Part shown: in pieces, positions 38,817 through 51,435 of the stretch
Numbering within the stretch: position 1 is the stretch's first letter
Layout: each line of letters opens with the position of its first letter
Assembly: GCA_028826165.1 (NCBI GenBank)
Contig: JAPDFW010000062.1
Span: 1-64,000, forward strand
From: Anaeramoeba ignava BMAN
Taxonomy: Eukaryota > Protista > Anaeramoebae
DNA: 64,000 nucleotides
Direction: 5' to 3'
The notes under the pieces: model-generated
What the model saw: only the letters and a program-made list of their open reading frames with translations
Database searches by the model: none
Told to the model about the DNA's origin: nothing
Program-made: the position numbers and the translations under genes

Positions 38817-41105
38817 ATGGGAATTTGTAATTCAAAAAGAAGACGACTTTCTTTATCAAGTTTTGAATTAATTTTATTAATTGGAGAAGGAAGATATGGA
38901 AGAATTTATGTCGCAAAAGAAAAACGAAGTCAAAAAAAATTTGCGATAAAAATAATAAATAAAAGTTTTCTTTTGGATCAAAAAGTGCCAAAACTTGCAT
39001 TTCAAGAAAGAGATTCACTTTGTTCAATTTCAAGTCCTTTTGTTGTAAAATTGTATCATTGTTTTCAAGATGAAGAAAGTTTGTATTTTGTTATGGATTG
39101 GATTAATGGTTTTGATTTATTTGAGCATCTTAATGGTTTTAATACTTTTCCTGAGTATCTTGTTCGTTTTTATGCTGCTGAATTGATTCTTGCTTTACAA
39201 CATATTCATAAAGCTGGATTTGTTCATGCGTAATTAAATCAATTCAATTTAATTTAATATTCAATATTCAATATTCAATATTCAATATTCAATTCAATAT
39301 TCAATTTAATATTTAATTCAATTTAAGATCAAATTTAAGATCAAATTTAAGATCAATTCAATTCAATTAAAAATCATATTCAATATTCAATTCAAATTCA
39401 ATTTAATTTAATTCAATTCAATATTCAATTCAATATTCAATTCAATATTCAATTTAATATTTAATTCAATTTAATTTAATTTAATTTAATTTAATATTCA
39501 ATTTTAATATTCAATTCAATTCAATTCAATATTCAATTTAATTTAATTTAATTTAATTTAATATTCAATATTCAATATTCAATATTCAATTTTCAATTCA
39601 ATATTCAATTCAATTTAATTCAATTTAATTCAATATTCAATTGAATATTCAATATTCAATATTCAATATTCAATATTCAATATTCAATATTCAATATTCA
39701 ATATTCAATATTCAATATTCAATATTCAATATTCAATATTCAAATTCAATATTCAATTTAATATTTAATTCAATTTAAGATCAAATTTAAGATCAAATTT
39801 AAGATCAATTCAATTCAATTAAAAATCATATTCAATATTCAATTTAATTCAATTCAAAGATCAATTTTAAGATCAATTCAATTTAATTTAATTTAATTTA
39901 ATTTAATTCAATTTAATTCAATTCAATATTCAATATTTAATTCAATTTAATTTAATTTAATTTAATATTCAAAAATCATATTCAATATTCAATTCAAATT
40001 CAATTTAATTTAATTTAATATTCAATATTCAAATTCAATTCAAATTTAATTTAATTTAATATTCAATATTCAATATTCAATTCAAATTCAATTTAATTTA
40101 ATTTAATATTCAATATTCAATATTCAATATTCAATATTCAATTCAAATTCAAAAAAAAATCAAAAATTAAAAATCAAAAATTAAAAAAATTTAAAATCAA
40201 TTCAAAAATAGAGACTTAAAACCTGAAAATATTTTAATTGATCCAAATGGACACATTGCATTAATTGATTTTGGATCTTCAATATCAAAAGAAATAATTG
40301 AATCAAAAAAAGCACTTCCTGTATTAGGGTCATATCAATATATGGGTAAATCTCTTCAAATTAAAAAAGAAAAAAAAAACTTTTTTTTTCCTCATAAATT
40401 GAAAATTTTCTTTTAATAGCTCCAGAAGCTCTTAATATAGAAAAAATAGGGTTTGAAATTGATTTTTGGAGTTTAGGAGCAATTATATATGAAATGGTTC
40501 ATGGAACAGTATTTATTAATAATTAAAAAAAAATTTACACTTGTTATATTTATAATAATTTTTTGTTTATTTTTTGATTTTGTTTATTTTTAGCCACCTC
40601 ATTATGCAGAAACACAACCTCAAACAATTCAAAATATATTAACTGAAGAATTAGAACTTAATCAAGAAATTTCAGAAGAAATCAAATCTTTATTAAAAGG
40701 AGTATTTTTTTTTCTTCATTTTTTTTGTAATTAATTTATATCTAAATTCATTATTTTTTTAGTTATTGCAAAAACAACCAGAAAAAAGATTAGGTTTTAA
40801 TGGAATTGATGAAATTAAAAATCATCCATTTTTTGAAGGAATTGATTGGGATAAAGTTTTAAAAAAAGAATATGAACCATTTTTTATTCCTGGAGTAAAA
40901 ATTAAAATTAAAATTCATTTATAAATTAAAATTAAAATTAAAATTAAAATTAATTTTTATTTTTAAAAAAAAAAAGCCAAAACATCTTATTAATGAACAT
41001 AAAAATCAACTTGAACAACTTGTTCTCCTTTCTTTAATTGATCAAAAAGATCAAAAATTATTCTCACATTTTGATTTTAATCCATTTTTGGGTGATGTTA
41101 TTTGA
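38817..41105 (+). CDS. AGC-group Ser/Thr kinase; exons 38817-39229, 40212-40345, 40420-40508, 40594-40701, 40763-40894, 40977-41105
   Basis: [48 protein letters not shown] and C-tail FSHFDF. Confidence 0.92.
39240..40200. repeat. Intronic (CAATATT/CAATT/TAATT)n repeat with an internal ~90-bp duplication (39302-39392 and 39754-39843)
   Basis: Direct reading. Confidence 0.9.
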
Positions 41106-41206
41106 TACAAAAAAAAGCAAAAATGAAAAAAGAATTTTTTTGTGAATTTTTTTTTATTTAAAATTAGTTTTTGATTTTAAATTTAATCTTTTTTTTTTTT
41201 GATTCA

Positions 41207-41506
41207 AAATCAAAAATCAAATTTAAAAATTAATAAAACAAATTTAAATTTTGGAAATTGTTTTTATTGGAATTAATAATTAATAGTAATAATTTCTCTT
41301 CCAGTTCCTCGAATTAATAAAGCTCGAGAAAGTTCATTTGTTAAAACATCAACATATTCCATATAATCTGTTGGCATTTGTTCAAATTCTGGACATGGTA
41401 AATTAACAAGAACCATTTCAGATAATTCACTATATTTAATCATATAAAGATTTAGTCTTTTAGCAGCTTCAATTCTAAGTGTGTGTGAATGTGAATCAAT
41501 GATTTC
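41207..41506 (-). pseudogene. 300-bp remnant of the SLC12 3' end (last 77 codons, stop codon and 3' flank)
   Basis: Near-identical to 44264-44563; no in-frame start (TGA at 41521-41519). Confidence 0.9.
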
Positions 41507-41557
41507 TTTTTCATTTTTTCATTTTTTTCATTTTTTTCATTTTTTTCATTTTTTTCA

Positions 41558-44108
41558 ATGCAAACAAATCAATCAAAATCAAAATCAAAACACAAAAAAA
41601 GAAACAAACAAACAAAAAATTTTCAAACACAATCTTCAAAAATTCCACAACAAAACAATCAACAACAATTAGAAGAAGAAAAAGAAATTCAACAAGAACA
41701 AAAAAAATCAAGAAAATCAAAAAAACAACAAAAAACACATCAAGAAAAGAATGAAGATAATCAACAAATTTCAATTTTGGATCATTCCAAAGAGGAAAAA
41801 GTTTATAAAGTGGAAATGATTGATATAAATAAGAATTTAGATTGCCCTGAATCAATAAAAAATTTGAAATTCAACAACTCAACTCCAATTTTGATTAGAC
41901 AACACACACAACAAATTCTTCAACAAATTCAAACAGAGGATATTCTTCAATCTTATATGTTCAAAGGACCACCAGGAGTCGGAAAATCATATATACTTTA
42001 TCATATTGCAAATTATTGTTCCAAATTGAAAAATTGGATTGTTCTTTATTTACCAAATACTGCTGATTTAAGAAAAAAAAAAAGCTATATTGTAGCAAAG
42101 AAAATTATTCGCAAATTAAATAAAAACTATGGACTGTTACTCAAGAAGTATTTCTTTTTCACATATGACAAGGAAATCTGGGAGATAGAAAATCCAAACC
42201 AAGAACAAAAATTGAAAATGATTGGCATTTGTGAAGATTTGTTGAATGAACTTGTCGTCTCTGATTGCGAAAATATTCGAATTTTGATTGCAATTGATCA
42301 ATGGAATATCTTATTTCGTAAAGAACAGGAATCTCCAAAACATATTTTAGATGTTTTCAAATTTATTCCCAAAATAAGTTATGGATTTTTCCTAGCTGCT
42401 GTAAGTGCAAGTTTTCAAGATCCTGATGAAACTTATGATGATTCAAGTTTTTTTTCAATACAAACACCTTTGGGAATTTTTAATGAAGATGAATTTAAAT
42501 CAATTGTTGAATGGTCAAAAACAAATGGATTATTACCTCAAGATTTATCAAACACAGAAATTGAAAAATTCACAGCAAGTATCCCGAAATTAATTGGTTT
42601 TCTTTTTCAATCATTTAAAAATCATAAATTATATAACAAAAAAGATTGGTTAAATGATGCTCAACAACTTGCTAAAAATTTCTATCAAAAACTAATTTTA
42701 CATGTTGTTAATAAAAAGAAAAAGAAATATGGTGCAGTCAATTTCATTTCCAATATTTATTTGAATTCACCAATTGGATATTTGTCAGACGAATGGGAAT
42801 CATTAGGATTATTTAAAAAGAATGATGAAACTCATGAATTTCTTCCTATTTGTGAATCAGTTAGAAAAGCATTTATTTCTGTAATGAATACAAATTTTGA
42901 TGAATATATTAATGTTTTAGCTCGTGAAAAAAAAGTAAAATGGAGAGCATTAGAATTATATGTTTTCAAATCTTTCATTTCTAAAATTAGAGGAGAAATA
43001 AAAATTTCAAAGCATTAATCTAAAAGGAGAACAATCAGCAAATCCACCAAATTGGAAAATTCAATTGACTCAACAAATTTATCAACAAAATTCACATAAT
43101 CTTGATAAACTTGAACCAGGGACTTTTTTGATTTGTTATGAAGATCATCCTGCTATTGATTGTGTTGCTTATTCAACAAATGGAAATTTATTTTATATTC
43201 AAATCTCTGAAGAATCATATTCAAAACATTCCAAATTAGATTCTATTTTTCAAAAGAAATTCAACAACACTCAAGAAACTATTTTAGAATATTATTCAAG
43301 AATTTGTGGAATAAAAACAGAACCCAATAAATGTCAAGTTAAAACAGAAGAAACAAAAGAAACAAAAGAAACAAAAGAAACAAAACGAGATATTCAATTA
43401 CCACCAAATCAATATTACATTTATATTACAACAAATCCACATTATTATAAATATAGCAATACTGAATATTCAAATGATCCAGTTATTTTAATCAATTTTG
43501 AAAATATTTCCGAACTTAATCCCGAGCTCTGGCATTTAATTTCAAAGTTTTTTTCTAAAAAAAAAAGAAAAAAAGATTCTAACAATCAAAATAATTTTTC
43601 TAATCAAGAAATTGATAATTTAAAAATTCAAAATGTTTCAAATTTATCTTCAAAGAAAAGAAAACAAAATTTACATTCAAAACGAAAATCAAAACCAAAA
43701 TCAAAACCAAAATCAAAACGAAAATCAAAACCAAAATCAAAACGAAAATCAAAACCAAAATCAAAATCAAAACGAAAACCAAAATCAAAACCAAAACCAA
43801 AATCAAAATCAAAATCAAAATCAAAATCAAAATCAAAATCAAAATCAAAACCAAAACCAAAATCAAAACCAAAATCAAAACCAAAATCAAAACCAAAATC
43901 AAAATCAAAATCAAAACCAAAATCAAATTCAGATTCAAATTCAGATTCAAATTCAAATTCAAATTCAAATTCAAATTCAAATTCAAATTCAAATTCAAAT
44001 TCAAATTCAAATTCAAATTCAAATTCAAATTCAGATTCAAATTCAGATTCAAATTCAGATTCAAATTCAGAAAAAGAGAAAGAAAAATTTAGTTTTGATT
44101 CTGATTAA
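41558..44108 (+). CDS. Intronless P-loop NTPase + PD-(D/E)xK-like nuclease protein (Crinkler/RHS-type architecture); +1 frameshift near 43001
   Basis: Walker A GPPGVGKS, Walker [10 protein letters not shown] and downstream [19 protein letters not shown]- and N/S-rich repeat tail. Confidence 0.72.
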
Positions 44109-44329
44109 GAAAATAATTGATTGAAAACAAGAAAAATAAATTTATTTTATAATTGAGTTAAAAATAAATTAAATAATGATCAATAAGAATTTTAATTTAA
44201 ATTTAAAATCAAATCAAAAATCAAATTCAGTAAACATTTTTCCTTAATCCAAAATTTAAAATCAAATCAAAAATCAAATTTAAAAATTGATAAAACAAAA
44301 TTTAATTTTGGAAAATATTTTTATTGGAA

Positions 44330-47300
44330 TTAATAATTAATAGTAATAATTTCTCTTCCAGTTCCTCGAATTAATAAAGCTCGAGAAAGTCCATTTGTTA
44401 AAACATCAACATATTCCATATAATCTGTTGGCATTTGTTCAAATTCTGGACATGGTAAATTAACAAGAACCATTTCAGATAATTCACTATATTTAATCAT
44501 ATAAAGATTTAATCTTTTAGCAGCTTCAATTCTAAGTGTGTGTGAATGTGAATCAATGATTTCAGGATCATCAATAATTTCTTTTGCTTTTTCTTTTTCA
44601 TCAATAGGTTCAATTTCATTTGTCTGAGAAATTTCAGCAAAAGGTTCATCTCCAATATTATTGATAATATTAAGTTTCTGAAGAGATAAACTTTGATGAA
44701 GCATTCCTTGTTCAATTTCATCAAGCATTAATAAACTTCCTGATTTTTGAACATGAATATTATCAAATAATTCATGTCGATCTTGAATATCTTCATTTAA
44801 ATGTGACATAAATGGTAAGAAATCTTCAGCTTCTAATTTAATTACAAATACTTTTGCTGGAATTCTTAAAGAATACATAAGTGTTTCAATTTTACTTTTA
44901 AGTTCATTTTCATCTTCATGAGCTTCAGCAACTGTAAATATTCTAAGTTCACAATTTTGCCATACTTTGTTTCTTTTTAAAAGAAGTGCAAGAATAAGTT
45001 CTAATCCTCCATCATGAACAAACCACCAAAGATCCATTGTTCCTGAAAGTATTGTATCATTATTAGGAAATCTTGATAAACTTTTACAAACAATAACTGA
45101 TTTTCCAAGATCATGACAAAGATGAAGAATATTAACAAATTCAAATGACCAAATTGGATCTGATTTCCAATTTTTAGGCCAACCAAATACAACTGTATTT
45201 GGTGTAAGTGCTCCAAGTCCTGATCCTTGAATTAAAAAGGAAATTCCACTTTCTATTGATTGTGAAATTACTACATTTGAAAATGCTCTTACTTTTTTTT
45301 GATTTATATCTTGTGTTATTGTTTGTTTTATACTCTCTGCCTTGTCTATATTTTCTTGAGTTTCTTTTCCTTGAATTACACAACCAGCTATTGATAATCC
45401 TCGATTTTCTTTTAGTTGATAAATAAATTGAATTAATTCTCTATGAGTTGGTTCACCATTTTCATCAACTTTAAGTAATGTTAAAATTTGAGGTCTCCAA
45501 TTTTTATGATGAACTTCACGAGGATCTAATTGAAGTAAATTATTTAATGCTTGTTTAAATCTTAATCCACTTATTGAATCACCCCATTCTTTTTCTACTC
45601 CTTTCCATTCTATATAACGATATATTGCAAAAATGAGAACTAAAACCGCAAGTGTTGTATACCATGAAATAAGGAACATCTTTTTGGATTATTTTTATTT
45701 TTATTTTAAAATATTATTATTTGAAATATTTTTATTTAAATTTTTATTTGAAATATTTATTTGGATTATTTATTTTTATTTGAATATTTTGATTTGAAAT
45801 ATTTTGATTTGAAATATTTTGGTTTGAATATTTATTTGAAATATTTTTATTTGGTTTGAATATTTTGGTTTGATATATTTTATTTGAATATTTTGATTTG
45901 GATATTATTATTTGAATATTTTTATTTGAAATATTTTATTTGATTTGAAATATTTTTATTTGATTTGAAATATTTATTTGATTTGAAATATTTTTATTTG
46001 ATAAAATACCATAACTCCACTTAAAATAAATCCAATAAGAGCAGTACTCCAATGAAAATATTTCCATCTTGGTCTGAAACTTGGTGCTTTTAATACAGAA
46101 AGATTAAAACAAGTTAAATTAATACCTCCATAACAAATAAGTAACAAAATTGTGATAATTGGAGCAACATTATCCATTTCACCTAATTGAACAAAAATCA
46201 TACTAATAATCCAAGTTAAAATAAGTGCTCTTCTTGGTTCTTGTTCTTTATGCATTTTTTCAAATGGTTTTAAAAATGGAAGAAGATGATCTTTTGATAA
46301 AGCTTGTAAAATTCTTGGACTAACTGTTAAAGCTTGCAAAGTCGCTCCAATAGCTGCTAATATGATTCCAATTTCAATAATATTACTTATTGGCCATCCA
46401 ATATTTCTAACCATAAATTTATCAGTTTCTAAAACTGTTCTTGTTGTTACTGAACCAAAGAAAATTGCACATGTAATATAGATTAGTGTGATAGTTATAA
46501 TTGCTGAAAGTGTTCCTATTGGAATTGAATGTTGTGCATCTTTTAAATCACCTGAATAATTTGCTCCTGACAAAAATCCTGATATTATTATGAATATTTG
46601 AATATTTTGGAATATTTTGAATATTATTTTGAATATTTTGAATATTTGATTTAGAATATTATTTTGAATATTATTTTGAATAATTATTTTGGAATATTTT
46701 TGGATATTTTGGAATATTATTTTGAATATTTTGATTATTATGAATATTTTGAATATTTTGAAATATTTTGAATATTTTGAATATTTTGAATATTTTGGAT
46801 ATTATTTTGAATATTTTGGAATATTATTTTGAATATTTGAATATTATTTTTGAATATTTTGATTATTTTTGAATATTATTTTGAATATTATTTTGAATAT
46901 TATTTTGAATATTATGAATATTATTTTGGAATATTATTTTGAATATTTTGAATATTTTGAATATTTTGAATATTATTTTGAATATTTTGAATATTATTTT
47001 GAATATTTTTGAATATTTTTGAATATTATTTTGGAATATTTTGAATATTTGATTTAGAATATTTTGGAATATTTGATTTTGAATATTTGATTTAGAATAT
47101 TTTATTTTTGAAATATTATTTTTTGAATATTATTTGAATATTTTGAATATTTATTTTGAATATTTTGGAATATTTATTTTGAATATTTATTTTGAAATAT
47201 TATTTTGGAATATTATTTTGGAATATTTTTGGATATTTGATTTAGAATATTTGAATATTATTTTGAATATTATGAATATTATTTTGAATATTTTGAATAT

Positions 47301-50300
47301 TATTTTGAATATTTTGAATATTATTTTGAATATTTTGAATATTTGATTTAGAATATTATTTTGAATATTATTTTGAATATTATTTTGAATATTTTGAATA
47401 TTTGATTTAGAATATTTATTTTGGAATATTTTGAATATTATTTTGAATATTTAGAATATTTGAATATTATTTTGAATAATTATTTTGAATATTATTTTGA
47501 ATATTGATTTTGGATATTATTTTGAATATTTGATTATTTTGAATAATTATTTTGAATAATTATTTTGAATATTTGATTTTGAATATTATTTTGAATATTT
47601 ATTTTGGAATATTTTTGGATATTTTGAATATTATGAATATTATTTTGGAATATTTGAATATTATTGAATATTTTGAATATTTTTGAATATTTATTTTGGA
47701 ATATTATTTTGAATAATTTTGGAATATTATTTTGGAATATTATTTTGGAATATTATTTTGGAATATTTTTGGATATTTGATTTAGAATATTTGAATATTA
47801 TTTTGAATAATTATTTTGGAATATTTTTGGATATTTTGAATATTTGATTTTGAATATTTATTTTGAATATTTTGAATATTTGATTTAGAATATTTTGAAT
47901 ATTTGATTTTGAATATTTATTTTGAATAATTATTTTGGAATATTTTGGAATATTTTTGGAATATTATTTTGAATATTTTGAATATTATGAATATTATTTT
48001 GAAATATTAGGAATATTTTGAATATTTTTGAATATTTTTGAATATTTGATTTAGAATATTTATTTTGGAATATTATTTTGAATATTATTTTGGAATATTT
48101 TGAATATTTGATTTTGAATATTTATTTTGGAATATTATTTTGAATATTTTGAATATTATTGAATATTTTGAATATTTTGAATATTTATTTTGGAATATTT
48201 ATTTTGGAATATTTATTTTGAATATTTATTTTGAATATTTTGAATATTTATTTTGAATATTTATTTTGGAATATTTGATTTGGAATATTTGATTTTGAAT
48301 ATTTTGAATATTATTTTGAATATTTTGATTATTTTGAATATTTTGAATATTTGATTTTGAATATTTATTTTGGAATATTATTTTGAATATTTGAATATTA
48401 TGAATATAATTTTGGAATATTATTTTGGAATATTATTTTGGAATATTATTTTGAATATTATTTTGAATATTTTTGGATATTTTGGAATATTATTTTGGAA
48501 TATTTTTGGATATTTTGAATATTTGATTTTGAATATTTATTTTGAATATTTTGAATATTTGATTTAGAATATTTGAATATTATCTTTGAAATTGCAAAAA
48601 ATTAAAAATTACCTGTAACAGCAGGAAAATAAACTGATAAAAGTTGGGGAAAAGAAGTTGAACCAGTTGCATCTTTAAATGAAGATTTCATATTATCTTT
48701 CAATTTACTTGAATTAGCAGCACTATATTCACTTGATGCTCTTGAATTTGGTCCAATAAAGAAACCCAAATACATTGAAAGAACTGAAATAAGAACAATA
48801 ATTAAAAATAGTGCTCCAAATCGAGATACATACTTTATTCCAACTAAGAATTGAAATAATATTTTGAATAATTTTGAATAATTTTGAATACTTTAATATT
48901 TTTAAATACCAAAAACAAGAAGCATCAAAATTGTAAGAACAATCATTGAAAATATTTGTTTATTATATGTACTTGTAAAGGTATAATGAGTAATTGACTC
49001 AAAAACTTCAACAGCTCCTAATGTGTGTAAGCTCGCAAGTAGTACAGTTCCAAGAAAATAAAGAACTAAACCAGAAAAAACAATTTTTTTGAGGGAATTA
49101 GATAAGAATTTAATTTTAATTTAATTTTGATTTAATTTAATTTGATTTAATTTGATTTAATTTTAATTTAATTTAATTTTTGATATTTGATTTAATATTT
49201 AATTTAATTTGATTGGATTTAATTTGATTTAATTTGATTGGATTTAATTTGATATTTGATTTGATATTTAATTTAATTTGATTTGATATTTGATTTGATA
49301 TTTAATTTGATATTTAATTTGATATTTAATTTGATATTTGATTTAATTTTGATTTAATTTTGATTTAATTTGATATTTGATTTAATTTGATTTAATTTAA
49401 TATTTAATTGGATTTAATTTGATATTTGATTTAATTGGATTTAATTTGATTTGATATTTGATTTGATTTAATTTGATATTTGATTTGATTTGATTTAATT
49501 TGATATTTAATTTGATATTTAATTTGATATTTAATTTGATATTTGATTTGATTTGATTTGATTTTGATTTGATTTAATTTGATTTTTTATTTAATTTAAT
49601 ATTTAATTTGATATTTGATTGGATTTGATATTTAATTGGATTTGATTTGATATTTGATTTAATTTAATTTGATATTTGAATTTGATTTGATATTTGATTT
49701 GATTTTTCTATAAAATTTATTACGCCCAAAAGCTCCTCCAAATGCAGGTCCAAGTGCTCTTGAAATCATAATATAAGCTCCTCCAGCTAAATTTAAAATT
49801 ATTGTTATTAAAATTATTGTTATTGTTATTAATAAATTTAATAAAAAAAGAAGAGAAAAAAGGATAAATTACGTGGCAAAACTCCATTAGTTGAAACAGC
49901 AGATAAAGAAAGACCAGTTAATAAAGCAATAGAACATGACATAATAACAATTAATAAACCAAGACCAACTCCAGCATGTCCAATAACCCAAGGAAGTCTT
50001 AAGAAAAGCAAAATACCTAAAATCTTTTGCATTGAAGGAAAATAAACACCTAAAACTGTTCCAATTAATGCTTTTTTGGTTTTTGGTTTTGAAGGTTCTT
50101 CATTATCTCTCTTTTCAATAACATCTTTTCCAGTAAAAAATTCTGAATGAGGTTGTTCTAATAAAAGTTCAGAAACTCTATAACGTCCTTGAGCCTTTTT
50201 TTTGAATTGAATTAAGAATTGAATTAAAAATTGAATTAAATTGAATATTGAATTGAATATTAAATTGAATATTGAATTGAATATTGAATTGAATATTGAA

Positions 50301-50828
50301 TTGAATTAAATTGAATTAAATATTGAATTGAATATTGAATATTGAATTGAATATTAAAAATTGAATTAAATTAAATTGAATTGAATTGAATATTGAATTT
50401 AATTGAATATTGAATTTAATTGAATATTGAATTGAATTGAATATTGAATTGAATTGAATATTGAATTGAATATTAAATTGAATATTTAATTGAATATTGA
50501 ATATTGAATTGAATTAAAAATTGAATTAAATTAAATTGAATTGAATTGAATTGAATTGAATTAAATTAAATTGAATTGAATTGAATTGAATTGAATTGAA
50601 TTGAATTGAATTGAATTGAATATTGAATTGAATTGGATATTGAATTTAATTTACTTCTTTAAATAATCTTGATGTTGTTGGTGTTTCTCCTTTTTTTTGT
50701 ATACTTGTTTGATTTGAAAGTGTTTGTGTTTGTGTTTGTGTTTGTTCTTTTTGTTGTTCTGGATTTGTAAATGATTCTAATTCAATTTCTGTGTTTATAT
50801 CTGTTGTAACCCAATCAGTATCAGTCAT
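44330..50828 (-). CDS. SLC12 cation-chloride cotransporter family (KCC/CCC-like), copy 1; exons 50828-50655, 50194-49873, 49786-49724, 49065-48910, 48843-48613, 46578-46010, 45679-44330
   Basis: GTVLGVYFPS..LFLRLPW, GGAYIMISRALGP, FPAVTG..SGDLKDAQHSIPIGT, KNWRPQ, DLWWFVHDGGL and C-terminal LLIRGTGREIIT. Confidence 0.93.
46585..48590. repeat. Intronic (TTTTGAATATT)-type repeat; paralogous shorter repeat at 53670-54450
   Basis: Direct reading. Confidence 0.92.
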
Positions 50829-51435
50829 TTTATTTTTTTTAATTTAAATTCTGTTTGATTTTTGTTTGATTTTGTTTTTTTAAAAAAAAAGAAAAAGAAA
50901 AATGAAGAAAATTTTATTTTTGATTTTTTTTTGATTTTCTTTATTTGCTTCTTGAAAAATAAAAAATAAAATAAAAAACAAAATAAAAAACACCCCAAAA
51001 AAATATTTTCTCTTTTTATTTGGAAAGTAATTTCTTTTTATAAATTTGAATAAAGAAAAAAAAAAGTAGATTTATTTTAAAAACAAAGTGGAACAACAAT
51101 TAACTTTTTCTTTTAGGATCAGTTTAAATATTTTTTTTAAAATTAAAATTAAAATTAAAATTAAAACTAAAAAACATTTTAATCCCTCTTAAATCAAACT
51201 GACGTATCAAATTTTAAAAATTTGAATCAGGAAATCAAAAATAAATTTATTTTATAATTGAGTTAAAAATAAATTAAATAATGATCAATAAGAATTTTAA
51301 TTTAAATTTAAAATCAAATCAAAAATCAAATTTAGTAAACATTTTTCCTTAATCCAAAATTTAAAATCAAATCAAAAATCAAATTTAAAAATTAATAAAA
51401 CAAAATTTAAATTTTGGAAAATATTTTTATTGGAA

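Noticed and set aside
41511-41855. Minus-strand ORF that might fuse to the SLC12 remnant
   Set aside because: It is out of frame with the remnant and stops at 41511; it is the antisense of the K/Q-rich N-terminus.
9295-43020. Programmed ribosomal frameshifting suggested by frameshifts near 9310, 14148, 23280 and 43001 (also ~140 and ~63610)
   Set aside because: They occur in both directions, lie at or near A homopolymers and share no slippery-site or stop context. Long-read indel errors are far more parsimonious.
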